Assembly: GCA_039096225.1 (NCBI GenBank)
Contig: JBBPEB010000013.1
Coordinates: 868,001-932,000 of the forward strand
Source: Blastocystis sp. Blastoise
Lineage: Eukaryota > Protista > Bigyra: Opalinata
DNA: 64,000 bases
Reading direction: 5' to 3'
Shown here in pieces: positions 35,050-49,282 of this stretch. The position numbers were made by a program, and so were the translations under genes. Each line of letters begins with the position of its first letter. Within the stretch, counting starts at the first letter, position 1. A model generated the notes under the pieces. The model saw nothing but the letters and a program-made list of their open reading frames with translations. It was not told where the DNA came from and did no database searches.

Positions 35050-38000
35050 CTAATTTAAAACTCCATCAAAAATGCAATTAGTCGTAAATACCTTATTAGG
35101 ATAGTCTTTACTAAGATGTCCTTGATTATTGTTATTACAATTTTCAGCATAAATATGTAAACCATTAAAAGAACGAACTCTACTAAAAGCAACATATAAT
35201 TGACCATGACTAAATACAGGTCTCTTTAAATATAATCCAACATTTTTAAATGTTTGACCTTGTGATTTATTAATAGTCATAGCAAAAGCTAATCGAACAG
35301 GAAATTGTTTTCTTCTCATCTTAGTAGGAAGTGAATCATCTGAAGTAATTAAACTGATTCTTGGAATAAATACAATATCTTCACCAGGTAATAAATTATC
35401 TGGCTTATTTAATAATTGAGCACGAATAACATTATTTAATGTTTCAAGAACAACTAATCTTGTTCCATTACATAAACCCTTCTTTATATTAAGATTTCTC
35501 AATAACATAATAATACAGCCTTTTCTTAATCTTAATTTATGAGGAGGAAATCCTTGAGGAAGAAGAGTATTAAGAAATTCAGGAGAATAAGCAGCTCTTT
35601 CAGAATCATTAACTATTTCATCTTCTAAAGTATCAAAACTATAATATATTTTTTCTGATTCTGAAGAAGGTATTAAATCTAATACTTTCTCATTTATATC
35701 AAAAGTATCTTCATTCGTACAACATAAAATACAATTCTCAGATAAATCTTTTCTATGTTGTTCTGATAAAATATTTCTATTATGAAGTATATTCTCCCAT
35801 ATCTCTTTATATAAATTTTCTGTACTTATACATTGTGAAGGTATTTCTACAATATTATCATTCAAATCAGATTCATTATTTAATCGTTCACCATTTCCTA
35901 CTTTCATTAACCATTCTTTAAAATCTAAAGCATCTCTATCTGCTCTCATATTCTGAACTAAATGACATTGTATAAAATTATTCCAATATTTAAATCTTTT
36001 CAAACATACACCAACAGTAGATGATTCATTTCCATTTTTAACTACTGGTAAACATTGTCTAAAATCTCCACCTAAAACAATAGTTTTACCAACAAAAGGA
36101 TATTGAAGACATGGATCTTCAGAATCTATTGAACTAAATAAATCATGTAATAAATTATCAAGAACTTCTAAAGCATAAATAGAAGCCATAGGTGCTTCAT
36201 CCCAAATAATAATAGCACATTTTCTTAAATCATTTGCTTTTGCACTACTTCTTGTTATATGTGAAATAGACATTTCATTTAGATCAAGTGGTAATCCAAA
36301 TACAGAATGAGAAGTACTTCCTCCTGATAATAAAGTAGCTGCTATTCCTGTGAATGCAACAGCTAATACAGGTTTTTCTCTTGTACGAATCATCTTGATC
36401 AAAGTATTATATAAGAATGTTTTTCCAGTTCCACCAGGACCATCAATAAAGAACATATTATTATTATGAGGTTGAGTATTATTAACAGATACCATAATTC
36501 TATCAAATATTTCTTTTTGTTCTCTATTTAACATTTGATAATTTCTTTCTGCTTCTCTATGTGCAACATCAAAATCATAAAATTCTAATGTAGAAACACC
36601 ACTATTAGGATTAAAATGTGAAGTATATTGAATAGTAGGCATATTAGTATATTTACCTCCATTTGATTCTATTAATGTTTTGATATTATATAAAGCTCTT
36701 GGATAACAATAATTGATTACAATAGGATCTTGATCAATAATATCAGGATCAGTTGAAAGAGAATGATTAATACGTTCATTTATAGTAAAATGATCTATTG
36801 TATATTGATAATATATATCAGAAATCATTTCATATTTAAATTCATTCCATAAATCCATTGCTTTATCAGTAATATTATAATATACAAATAATAAAGCAAA
36901 TACTAATCGTAATTGAGAAGGATGACAATCATGCATTACTTCATCTAATATATGTCTATATTCATTAGTATCATCTAATAATCCTCTTGCTATACATACT
37001 CCTTCATAAGTTGGATAAGGTAATTCTCCATCATACATTCTTAATGATTCAAAACTTGTTGGTCTATTTACATGAGTTAATAATAATTTTAAACAAAATG
37101 CTTCTTTATTAGTTGGATTTATATAAGGTATTCTTCCAAGTGTCTTCGAATTCTTTTGTCTTGGTTTCCATATATGTTCTCCTTTACACCATGTATAATA
37201 TTGAGGAAACATATCATATGTCATAAACTCTGGTTCTTCTAAAGTAGGAACATATAAATGATTATTTAAATCATCATTTGCTTTGAAATATGCTTCTAAC
37301 ATAGATAATTTATTTCCTTGTATTTCTTCTGCTTGTTCTTCTGAACCATCTGTATATACTATATTCTTATCATTCTCATCATGAATCAATAATATTTGAA
37401 CAGCTATATTTGATTGTACTATAGGAAATCCTAATATTCTCCAAACTGCTTCAGTTGATGATATATATCTTGCATCTAAATATTGTTTAACTTCATTATT
37501 ATTTGTTTCATTTGAAGAAGCTGATAATTCAGCTCTCATTGAATCATGACCTTTTGTTGTATATTTATATAGATATTTTACTGTATGTAAACTATAAACT
37601 GCTTCAACATTAATATGTGCTTCTAATTTGAGTGATAAATATGGATTATATGGAACAACATATTCATTAGTAGCTTCTAAATCACCATTAGTACGATGAA
37701 ATACTACTTTTCTTCCATCATTTGGTCTAAAATATAAAGGATAAGAATCATTAGGAATTGTAGTACATTCTTGAAATGGTTTAGGAAATCCTTTCTTACA
37801 TATTCCATGAGAATCTAAACATGGAGAATTAGATACATGAGGACCATGTATATTCATTGTACTTACTATTTTAAATAATCTAGGATTCTTTTCTTCATCA
37901 GGAAGATAAGCACATATAATAGAATCAAGTTCATTAGTATCATGTATTTTATCTTGTTGTTCAACATTCAATAAGATATGAGCATGAGGTAATCCTCTCT

Positions 38001-39925
38001 TTTGAAATTCAACAGTATAAGTAATAGCTTGTGCTTTACCAAATACATTCTCATCTTTTAATAAATGATATAAATATTTCAATTTAATTGCAAATACTCT
38101 ACAAACTAAATCAGGTCTTTCCCATGCTTCTTGATTAGGATATAAATTATCTACTATTTCTTTCCATTTTGGATTACATGTAAAAGTAATAAAATAATCT
38201 GGTTTACCATAATATCTTACTATTGTCATTGCATCTAAATAAGCTCCTTTCATATATCTAGGTCCTCCTACAAAACCACTATTTAATATAATAGGTTTTC
38301 CTATTCCATTTGTTACTTCTTCATCTGTTACTTGTTCTCTTCTTCTCTGATTATATTGTCGTAACACATTATAAGATTCTGCTCTTAATTTTGATTGATT
38401 CATTTCTATAAATGATAATCGTTGTTCTTCTATTTTAGAATAAGCATCTACAATATATTGTAAGAATAATTTTCCTCCTGATAAGAAATAATTCTTATTA
38501 GGAAATGATCTTGGAAAACAAAGAAAAGAATAAAAATCTTTTAAAGTAAAAGATGATTTCTCATATACAGGATTTCCTATTAAATCTATAGGATATCCTT
38601 CATTATTAAATTGTTGATAATTAGCTAATAAAGTAATTGATTTTGAAAAATCATCATGAGTTTGTCTTGAAGACTCTCTATCATCATTATCTATTTCATC
38701 TTCTTCATTATCTAATAATTGATTTCTATTATTATATCTACTATTTCTATTTGATTCTCTTTCTATTTGTTCTACTTGAATGTTAGTATTTTCTATTGTA
38801 TTTGAATTGATTTGAGAATGTATTTCTATATTATTATTTCTTCTTGGAATATAATTAGGATTTCTTCTTAACTCACTTTTAGATGCAAGAATAAATAATG
38901 GAATTCCTGTGGGATAAAATATAGGATAAACCATAGGATCACAAAATGGATTATCATATTTCATTCTTGTGAAATGTTGTCTTATTTCTTCATTCATATT
39001 CATATGATTTGTATTATTATTATTATTAAGATGAATTCTTGGATAGCATCTAAATTCTGTATGAGGAAATGTTTCCATAGAATTAATAGGAACTATAAGT
39101 GCTATTTCATGAGAAGCAGAAGGAGTATTATATCTTCTTTGATCATCTGAATGTAATGTTTTGAATTTTAATGAAACATCTACTTGTGATATATGAAGAT
39201 TATTATTATTATTTGTAGCAGTAGTTACTTCTTCATGTAATGTCTTAAAAGCATTCATTAATTCATTATTTAATAATGAATTATGTAATACTCTCATTAT
39301 TTCTGTATTTAAATTATCATAATATTGATTATTTGATCGAAGTTGAAAAGCTTCTTCTTGATCATAAATATATATTTGATTATAATTAGGAGTAATACCT
39401 TCAGGAGGATATAAATCTGCCATAGAATGATATATATTTCCATGTACTTTATAGAAATATATTCCATTATTATCTAATCTTGTTTGTGTATCAGTACATG
39501 ACATAGAAGCAAAAGCTATTGAATTATTATACCTACGAATATCTTTCTTAAATTGTTTTGAAGAATCTGTATTATCATTCAATAAGTTTTGTATTGATAT
39601 ATCTGGCTCTGATAATGAACCTAAACGTACTTTTCCACTACGACAACAACCACTATATTGACTATTCTTTAATATAATATTTCCTTCTGTGTCAAGTGTC
39701 CATTGTCTTCTTCTTTTTGTATATATTATTGTATTATTTATTGTATCATTATATGAATTTGATGGTTCTTCAAAAAATGTTGTATCATAATTAGTTGAAA
39801 ACTTAAAGTTGTTTCTTTCATGTTCAAAATGTAAAGCATTACAACATGAACATTTAAATATCATTTTACCCAAGTCATAATAGTCATACTTATTATCATT
39901 TTCATCAATTATTTGATATGAGCTT
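35050..39925 (-). CDS. Helitron Rep-helicase, large final exon (copy 2)
   Basis: Translated ORF identical to copy 1. Confidence 0.95.
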
Positions 39926-42900
39926 CCTATATATAAAAGAATTGTTTAATATTTTTCAAGATTCATATTTAAAAACAATATATTACTATTATTCATACTT
40001 ATTGGAGAAAAAGCCAAAATGTCTCTTCTTGTAAAAATTAAATTATTTAATTCATCGTTATTGTCTAGAAGTATATCTATATATTATTATTTATAATTCA
40101 TAATTATATCAAACATATAATATATATTTATATTAAAAAAAACTGTTATAAAAACAAAAAAATATAATTAAAGTTGTAATTACTTGATAGATTTTGATTA
40201 TTCTCATCATTAGTTAATTGATCACTAATATCATGATTATTTATTATGTAATCATCGTTTTGTTCACTTAGTAAATTTATGCTGTTAGCAACATTTTCTT
40301 CGTTTATATTATTATTATCCAATTCTATTAAGTTATTTACACTATGAGGTACTATTATTATCCTATTTTCAACGTCATTCATTTCTATCATATTTTCATC
40401 ATTAATAGTTACTTCAGAATGATCATTAACATTAGATGTCGTTATGTCATTTAAGTTCCTAGAGATACTATTATTCATATCAATAATATCCATGTTATTA
40501 TATAAAGCAAGTGCTTCGTCATTGATTATTGATTCAGATGATGATTTTTCTCTATTTTCAATTATATTATTGTTTGTGATATTTATATCTTCCAAATGTA
40601 CTGTCAAATTTAAGTCATTGGAATCAATAATGTTGTTATAAGTTGGAAAAGTATTATTTTGTGAGTTGTTACTATTAATAGTTTCTTTATCCTGATTTAA
40701 ATCTTCAACATTTTTTTCATCATGAAAGTCATCATCAATTAAATCGTGTATACCATTATTAATTTGGAACTCAAAGTTATCAGTAACATTTTTGTTAAAT
40801 TCAGTGTCATCATTGTTTTCGATTACCGATTGATAATCAGAACAAATACATTCATTGTCATCTGTTTTATTGAGATTAGATACTATAAAATATTTTTTAT
40901 CATTTCTATTATTATTATATTCATTTGAATCTCTATTAGTTAAGCTAGGTTCATAATGTGTTAAACTTCTTTGCAATATCTCTTTATTACTCATTAAATC
41001 AGGGAACAACTGTGTCGATAAAACATGTTTTTCAGTATCATTAATTGATATTTTTTTGTTTTTATTTTTTTCACCTATATATATTATTGAATAGTCTAAA
41101 AATATTGTTAAATGAAAGAAAAATCCTAATAAAAGAAAAAAAAAGTAAAACATGTTAAAAACTGACTATGGAAATTATTATATAAACATTTCTTATGTTG
41201 TAATATATTTTTAATGTTTTAAAAACTAAAATTTTATTCATTAATTTAAAAAACAATCATTTAATTTGAAAACATTCAAAAAAAAAAAGGTTAATAAAAA
41301 TAAATATAGAAAATAATTAATTAACAATTAAATAAATAAAATTATAATATGAAATATATATTTAATTAGTACATACTATCAGAGTCACTATTCTCCAAAA
41401 ATGTTTTCAAAAGTTTTGCTTTCATATCATTTCTTGCTGTTCTTTTTATTGTTTTATTATCTAAAAAAAAAGAATATTAAGAAATATAATAAAAATATTA
41501 AATTATATCAAAATAATATATATATATATATACTATCGATCTTTGATTCCAAAGTGGAATCATCATTTGATCTAAAACTGAATAAAGAGCTTTGATTTCT
41601 AAGTATTATTTCATTTGTGACATTCCCATGATTATTCTCATTAAGAGAATCTAAAGAAATATATAATCATAAAAATAATCATTAAAATCATCATTAAAAT
41701 AATCATTCAAATAGTCATAATCATAATAATCATGGAAATAATAATGAAAAAAGTCATAAAAATAATCATTAAAATAGTCATAAAAATATCCATAAGAATA
41801 GTCATAAAAATAATTATAATAGTCATAATAGTCATAATAGTCATAGAAATAATAATAATAAACCAACATATTCATGAAACATTATATATATATTACTATA
41901 TGAAATTAATATAATTACTTACCTGAATTTGTAAAGCCAAAAACCTTCGATAAAACTTCTAGAGTTTGTGGAATTAAATCATTAAGTATTTCTTTAGCTA
42001 GAATAATAAAAAATGATAACAATAATAATGAATACATAATATACATATTTATATATATATACAATAATGCATCCCACTAACGCTCAGCATAGTACTTCTA
42101 TCGAATTCTATTCTATTTGTTGCATTTTTATAGCCTATAAAAAATAAATAATTCATATAAAAAATATATATATATACCTTTGTTAGATATACTAACACCA
42201 TATTTTGAGAAATTCTTCGTATTCAGATTAGTATTACAATTTTGGTTTGATATATTTCCATATTTGTGTTTCTTTGCTTTTTTATGTTTCTTATTTTTCT
42301 TTTCCGCCGATCCATCTTTCGCTGAATTTTCATTAAGTTTATTATCAGAAGCAGAAGTAATATTAGAAGAATTATATATATCTTTTGAATTATTAGTAGT
42401 AGTATTAGTTACATCAATAGCTTCTTTCCTTTCTTTTTGTTTAAAAGAGACATAATCTGATAAACTTAATATCTTTTTAAATTCAATTGGATTATCATTT
42501 TTATCGTCATTATTTATACCTATAATTCATATAAAAAAAATAAAAAAATAATTTCAATATAAAATTTACAATATAGAAAATATATATATATATATATATA
42601 TATTCATACCTATTTGTTTAGATGATTCAAGAGGAGGAGCAGAAGAAAAACTGTGAAGAACTGGATATTCATCTATATATTTATAAGAAAAGTAATAAAA
42701 ATTATTATCAAATATAAAAATTACCACAGTCTGATTGATCTATATCTATAAATTTAGAATGAACTATAGATATTATCTTATATATATATATTTAAATAAT
42801 ATACCTAAATAATCTTTATCACTATTTATTTTTTCTTTATTCCTTTCATTTGAATCAATACCGCTAGGAGTTTTATCTTCTTTATATCTATTATTATAAC

Positions 42901-43240
42901 TTTTATCATGAATACCTATAAATGTATAAAGAAAAAAGAAATAATATATTCATTAGTATTAATATAATATAAATATAAATGTTTCATGATGATTATTTTT
43001 ATTTGAATATACTAATAATTGTACATATTTTGATAAATAAAAATATAATAATAATATAGAAAAATTGTAATAATACTATTTAAGAAATAAAGAATAATTA
43101 TTACAAAATAATTATCACATAAACATAAATATATAATAATAGTAGAAATAAATAAAAATGTATACGTTGAGATGAATTTAATATTTGAGAAGAAACCATA
43201 TTCGTATTACTTTTTTGTATATCTAAAATGAATTGTTTTT

Positions 43241-43289
<49 letters not shown>

Positions 43290-44358
43290 TATTCAATGAT
43301 GAAATGTTATTGGTTTTAGGTGCTTCTACAATGCTGTTTTTATTTTTAATACCTATATATTACAGTAATAGATATATCAGTATTAGAATATAAAATAAAT
43401 AATTAATATAAGATATAATAAAAAAAAATAATAAATGAATAATAATATAGTTATATATTGAGTTAAATATTTAATGTAATCATTTTTATATTAATAGATA
43501 TTTGCTTATAATGTATCGAGAAATAATACTAATAAAGAAATAAATTATAATAATAGAATATTATGATAGGAACAATAGTAGATATAATGAAAATAAATAA
43601 CAATAGAATACTTTAGTAACAATAATAGAAATAATAATATGAGAATTAATAAACATATATTCTATTGTACATACTACTGGGAGTATTTGAAGGTTTATTA
43701 TTGCCAAGTAACTCCTTATTTTCCTGAATATTTTTATCACCTATACAAAAATAAGTATTATAAAAAATAAGTAATAATTATATACTAACTGTACTATTGG
43801 TACATTTCTTGTTATTTAATAAATCATTGTTATTTGATTTTGATTTAATACCTATGGAGAGTAATTAATTTATTAATAATAAATGTTATACCAATATCTT
43901 TTGAAGGCTTATTCAAATCCGAAATCTTTTTACTTACAGAATTATTTTTATTACCTAAATAATAATAAGAGTAGCGAGATTTGAAATTATACTTATATTA
44001 TAATAGCGGATAATTAATGAAATAGTAAGAATTTCTAAAAGAAAGTAATCACAGTAAATTATATATACATTCTCGCACAGGTGAAAGATCAGGAAGTGAT
44101 ATAGGTTTATAATGTTTCATTTTTGATAATGGTAATGGAAGAATAAGTGACGATTCATCAATAGATTCTTTTGAAGAAGATAATAATTTATTTTGGTCTG
44201 CTTTTTTTTTCTAAATATATATATATATATATACAGTATTCATTTAATATAATATTTAAAAAATTATGATTATATTATTATTATATATAGTTTAGATATA
44301 TTTATGATTAATAATGGTAAATACTTTCTATTCCCACGTTTTCTACTTTATTTGTTGC

Positions 44359-44435
<77 letters not shown>

Positions 44436-45873
44436 CCATCTTTATTTGTAGCCATTAAATCATCTGTTGTCTTACTTATTTGTTCTAAGTAATAAGTATA
44501 AGAATAGTAATTATATATATAAAGTAATAACAAAGATAATAATAAAATAAAATATTGAAAATATATATATATATATAAATAAAATAAAAATAATATATAA
44601 AACATTGTTATTATCTTTATATGAATAATAATGTTAATTATAATTGACAATAATGAATGCAATATTAATAATTATTATGATATATATATACTCTCTATAA
44701 CATGACTGTTTTCTTGAGTTGACGATTGACTTATAGATAGAATCATTGAATCCATTACTATATAATATAAAAAATAAAAATATTTAAAACATTCGTGTTG
44801 TTAAAAAAATTATAATAAAGAAATAAAATATATATACCTGATGCAATTGTTGCAATATTGCTATTGTTACGTTTAGCTTCACTCCCAGTTGGATTTTGAG
44901 CTGCATTGTCTATAGATGTTAAGTACCTATCATAAAATAATAAATATACCTTGAGACTCTAAATCTTCTGACTTCTTATTGTCCCTCTGTTTATCAATAT
45001 TAACTGATTCTGCTGATTCTAAAGATACATTATGTATTTAGAATAATGGAGTATAAGAATATACCTTCAGTTGTTGTTGAAACCTGAGATACATCTATTT
45101 CTTGCTGAGCTATATACATGTAAAGATAAAACATGAATATATTGATATATATAATAAAATATGTGACAGAATGGTAAGATATATAAGAAAAACATACAGC
45201 TTTGAGATCTGCGTTGTTGCATATCTTCTTTGTGTTGCTTTTTCTTTGAATACTCTTTGCCAAATGTCATGATAGCTTATTAATATATATGTTTTTCTTT
45301 GACAGAAGATATTATTTATAAGATAATAGTTCTTATATTCTTGTTAATAATAAATAATAGAGTGAAAAAATCTTTTTCCCCATGTTTTTGTTTTAGTAGA
45401 TGACCTTCAAAAAACAAACTTTCAGCTGGAAGATCAGTTTTAAAATGTCTTTTCTTAAATAAATATTTAAAAAGAATATATCCATTTTATAAATCTAACA
45501 CTGGTTTGATTCATGAAGTCAACAGAAGCAAATATAAAGGCATAGTAGTAGAAATTATGAACAAAATCCGCCAATTTGTTTGTATCATATCAAATAACTT
45601 TATAGCTTCAAATGGAAGCATGTAGTGTGTGTAAATCCTGATTGTGGTGAAGTCTAAATTTAGTTATAATTACTAAAACCGTATTTAGCCAGATTTTGAA
45701 AAGTATTGCTTTTTTAAAGTATATATATTTAGAATAGCATTATATTTACTCTTATTTTCTATTTGAATCGCTTTATCTATAGTAGATAAATAAAAACACG
45801 TAAATGAGTAAAGAATTGTCAGTATCATAAAATAAAAAGGACTTCCTACGTCATAGTAATCGTTTACAGCCAT
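39926..45873 (-). CDS. Multi-exon coding region inside Helitron copy 2
   Basis: Same as copy 1 but lacking one intron. Confidence 0.55.
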
Positions 45874-48425
45874 TGTAGTTTACTAAACTGAACAAACATG
45901 ATGTTGACACATGTTATAGAATGCATTCTTATTTTTAAGACTGACTCAAACATGGTCATTGATATTAAATATGCTATAAAGTACTGCTGGTAATAGTTTG
46001 TTATTCACTTATGATTCTCATATATGGAATCACTTTTAATAAATAATAAATTGTAAAAATATATATATATTTGGGGTATCTATAATATTAGATAAGCAAA
46101 ACCATTTATGTAATAAACGCTATAACTACAGCCTAGTAGTTTTAATCTTTATTAATCAAAAGTATACACATTTTGACACATAGGTAAAAAAACAACCACG
46201 TTTATTTCCAATAATGTTTTGACTAATAACAGTATTAAACACTCTAATAATTAATTTTACAAACAGTGAATTGAATCTCTTGTTTTAAGGCACGTAAACA
46301 CACAATTCAAAACTGTTTTAACCTTAAAATTTGATATTTAGACGTAATATTTACACATTAGACTATATGTATCCTTCAAGACATATTTGACTACTTTTTA
46401 ACAACTTTAGAGCCAACATGTCCAGTTTGTCATTCACTCCTCAACTCCACTTTTGACTATTTCTTTTAGAAATGCAATACACATATACTCTAGTTTTCAA
46501 ATATATAAAAATTAATTGTCAAATATGAATTTGATTTGTCAACTTTCGGAAAATTTTTAGAAAAATGATTTTTCAATTTTCAGTTTTTTAACATGTTATA
46601 CTATTGACTCTACTAAACTCATTTCTTAATTAATTTTAAATATTAAAACTTATATTATTAATATGTTTTATTCTCTATATTTATTTGTTAAAATTATTTA
46701 AAATAATTAAATATTGACTGAGAAATTAATGTTATAAAGTATACCCTTTTTTCAAAAATTAATTTTTTTATGTTTTGCATATATAATTTTTTATCTCAAA
46801 AGTTATTATATATTTAGATAAAATTTTTATAAATATTAAAACTATAGGTTATCTATTTTATAAATAAGTTTTATTTATTTTTTAAAAATTAATATTGATG
46901 GAGAAATTGTCAAAATAAATTATAGTATCAAAAACATTTTCTTTTTTTAAACGATTTATTTCACTAATTAAAGACTTATAAAAACATATTTATTTATTTA
47001 AAGCTTATTTATGACATTTACAACTCATAATGACTCATAACTAACTTTTTAGAACAAACATTGTCTGTATCAGTTCAACATGTTGTCTTAAAATTTTCAA
47101 ATAAGTCACACAAAGTGTCCATATATGATTCTAAACACGAATTGAAACGTTTTAAGAGTTTATTGAGTTAACATTGTCTGGTGATCTGTTGTCAAAGTCT
47201 TTTAAAAACAAAATAAAATTGTAAAATATGTTTATTTTGGTATTTAGTGATTCAATATGAAGTCAAATGTCAAAAATATTTATTATTGATGAGAATATTG
47301 ACAAAAAACAAATAAAAAAGTTTTGAGAAAAATTTCGAACCTTATTTTTTTATTGAGTTCAACTATTGTCTCCTGTAACATCATTTTTTAATTATTTAAA
47401 AAAGTGACAAAAACGCATCATGTTTTGGTTGTCTTATATCTAAATATGTTTTAACTTTATTATTTTATAAAATATTGACTGAGAAATCACAATCACAAAA
47501 TATACCCTTTTTAGAAAATTTTCATTTTTATGTTTTTAATATAAACGTAGATATTTTAGTCAATATTGAATATTTAGATAAAATATTAAAAATGCATCAT
47601 ATTTATGTTATCTAGTTTCAAGATATGTTTTTACTTTTTTTATATTTTGAATATTGACAGAAATATCAAGATCACAAAATTGGGTATCAAAGAAGAAAAA
47701 ATTTTAAAAGCTAATACTTCTTTATTAAAAAGTATATGACAAATATAAAACACATTTATGATGGATATAGAGTTAAATAAATATAAAACAGCTCAAATAA
47801 GTTTATATAAAAGGAATGTGTTGGATATCAGTTTGTCTTTTGTCGTTATTTAAAGGAATTATTGTTGTTTCAGAGTAGTTGAGGTCATATTCATTACATA
47901 TGAAATGGTTTTAGAGTTTAAAGTTAGTAATGTGTGTATTGATATGTTGTCAAGTCATAAATATAAACGAATCTACCCGTCAAAACTATATATAAGACCA
48001 ACCCGTCAATAAAAGTTAATTTTATAAAAATAAATATAAAGTATGTGAATAGATATAGGAAAAATAAGAAAACAATAAAAAATGAAAAACGAAAAATGTG
48101 TGTTTTCATAAAAATGAAAAATATTGGATAAAATAAAAATAATCCAATAATTTTGGTTAAAATTTTGTGCGAAAATGGTTTTTTGCGTTTTTTAGCCAGA
48201 AACTTAGAGTTTTCGAAAAATTTCTTTAACAGTCATTTTTAGAATTGTGTTCCGGATTTTTTGATGTTATTTTTATTTTATAAAAGTTAATAACAAAGTC
48301 AATAATACGAAAAATGTGTGAGACACCGTACTTTTGGGCTGCTAAATTAAGGATATTAATTAATATACTAACTATATAATATAAATAATTTCTTTTTTTT
48401 TGTTTTGTTTTAAAATTCATAATAA

Positions 48426-48543
48426 TAATTCTTCCGTCTTCGAACTGCAGAAGGGGGTATGCAAACCCCGCATAGAGTCTGCGCGACGCGCGCAGCCATA
48501 AGCGGGGAAGACAACCCCCTTTTTGTTCTCGACGGAAGAATTA
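48426..48543. other. 118-bp GC-rich imperfect hairpin in the viral non-coding region
   Basis: TAATTCTTCCGTC/GACGGAAGAATTA, AAGGGGGT/ACCCCCTT, CCCCGC/GCGGGG, CTGCGCG-acg-CGCGCAG. Confidence 0.85.
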
Positions 48544-49146
48544 ATAACATTTCTGAAGTAAAATAACCATGGGAGTGTAGGGTAGTGTGTGTGTGTATTT
48601 ATTTTTTCCCATGTTTATTTATTTTTAATTTATTTGTGTTCCGATTCCAACGTGAAACGTAAAGTGATCAAGGAGAAACTCATAGTAATCATAAAAGAAA
48701 TAAAATACACAGTCCAACCCTCCCCTTTACAGGAAATATTCATGGAAAATGGCTCCATCGTTGGTAAAGTGAGTAAAATAATCACGGGAATACAGAAAGA
48801 AATACGAAAAGAAGCACAGAATGTGCTAAATAAACACACACCCCGACCCTCCCTTTATATAGAGAAAAGATGAAATGGATGGTTCTATCTAAAAAGAAAT
48901 AATAAAAATAATCACGGGAATATATAAAAATAAAAATGTATGTATAGTGATCAATAAATAATATAAAAAGTCATGATAATCATAAAAAAAATTTATATAA
49001 AAAGAGTAAAGTGATCAAGGTATGTATTTATAGTGGGTGAAAGAAAAGCTGGTGGTGGTGTGGTCTTGTAAAAAGATGTACCCACCACCACGATTATAAC
49101 GAGAGACTTTTGGAAACAAGGGTAACCGTTATGGAAAATATAAATT

Positions 49147-49194
49147 TTCTAGAACATTCTAGAACATTCTCGAAACTTCTAGAACATTCGAGAA
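49147..49194. promoter_or_regulatory. Heat shock element-like array (10 perfect units) upstream of recombinase 1
   Basis: TTC ta GAA ca TTC ta GAA ca TTC tc GAA ac TTC ta GAA ca TTC ga GAA, ~90 bp before ATG 49283. Confidence 0.8.
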
Positions 49195-49282
49195 CATGAG
49201 AATCTTAGATATTTTATTTTGATTTTCTTATGTATTATTCTTTTGAAAATAGAAGTTTTAAAGATTCTACTTGAGAAAATCA

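Larger units (their letters stand above)
34817..48353 (-). mobile_element. Autonomous Helitron, copy 2 (13537 bp)
   Basis: Same termini as copy 1; differences seen by eye are a 43-bp deletion, one extra T and one SNP near 45034. Confidence 0.93.
1..48425. mobile_element. Endogenous Polinton-like virus, copy A (left end outside window; contains two Helitron insertions)
   Basis: Compact intronless gene set: YR, protease, primase-helicase, capsid proteins, A32 ATPase. Repeat period to copy B is 49459 bp (22 vs 49481); subtracting Helitrons of 13579 and 13537 bp leaves ~22.3 kb. The boundary with copy B is approximate. Confidence 0.88.

Noticed and set aside
34817-48353. Second Helitron as an assembly duplication
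   Set aside because: The duplication stops exactly at the element termini, flanks differ, and removal restores viral sequence at both sites
48589-48873. 94-aa and 69-aa ORFs in the control region
   Set aside because: GTG start within a TG repeat, no motifs, no second copy to test; region better explained as regulatory
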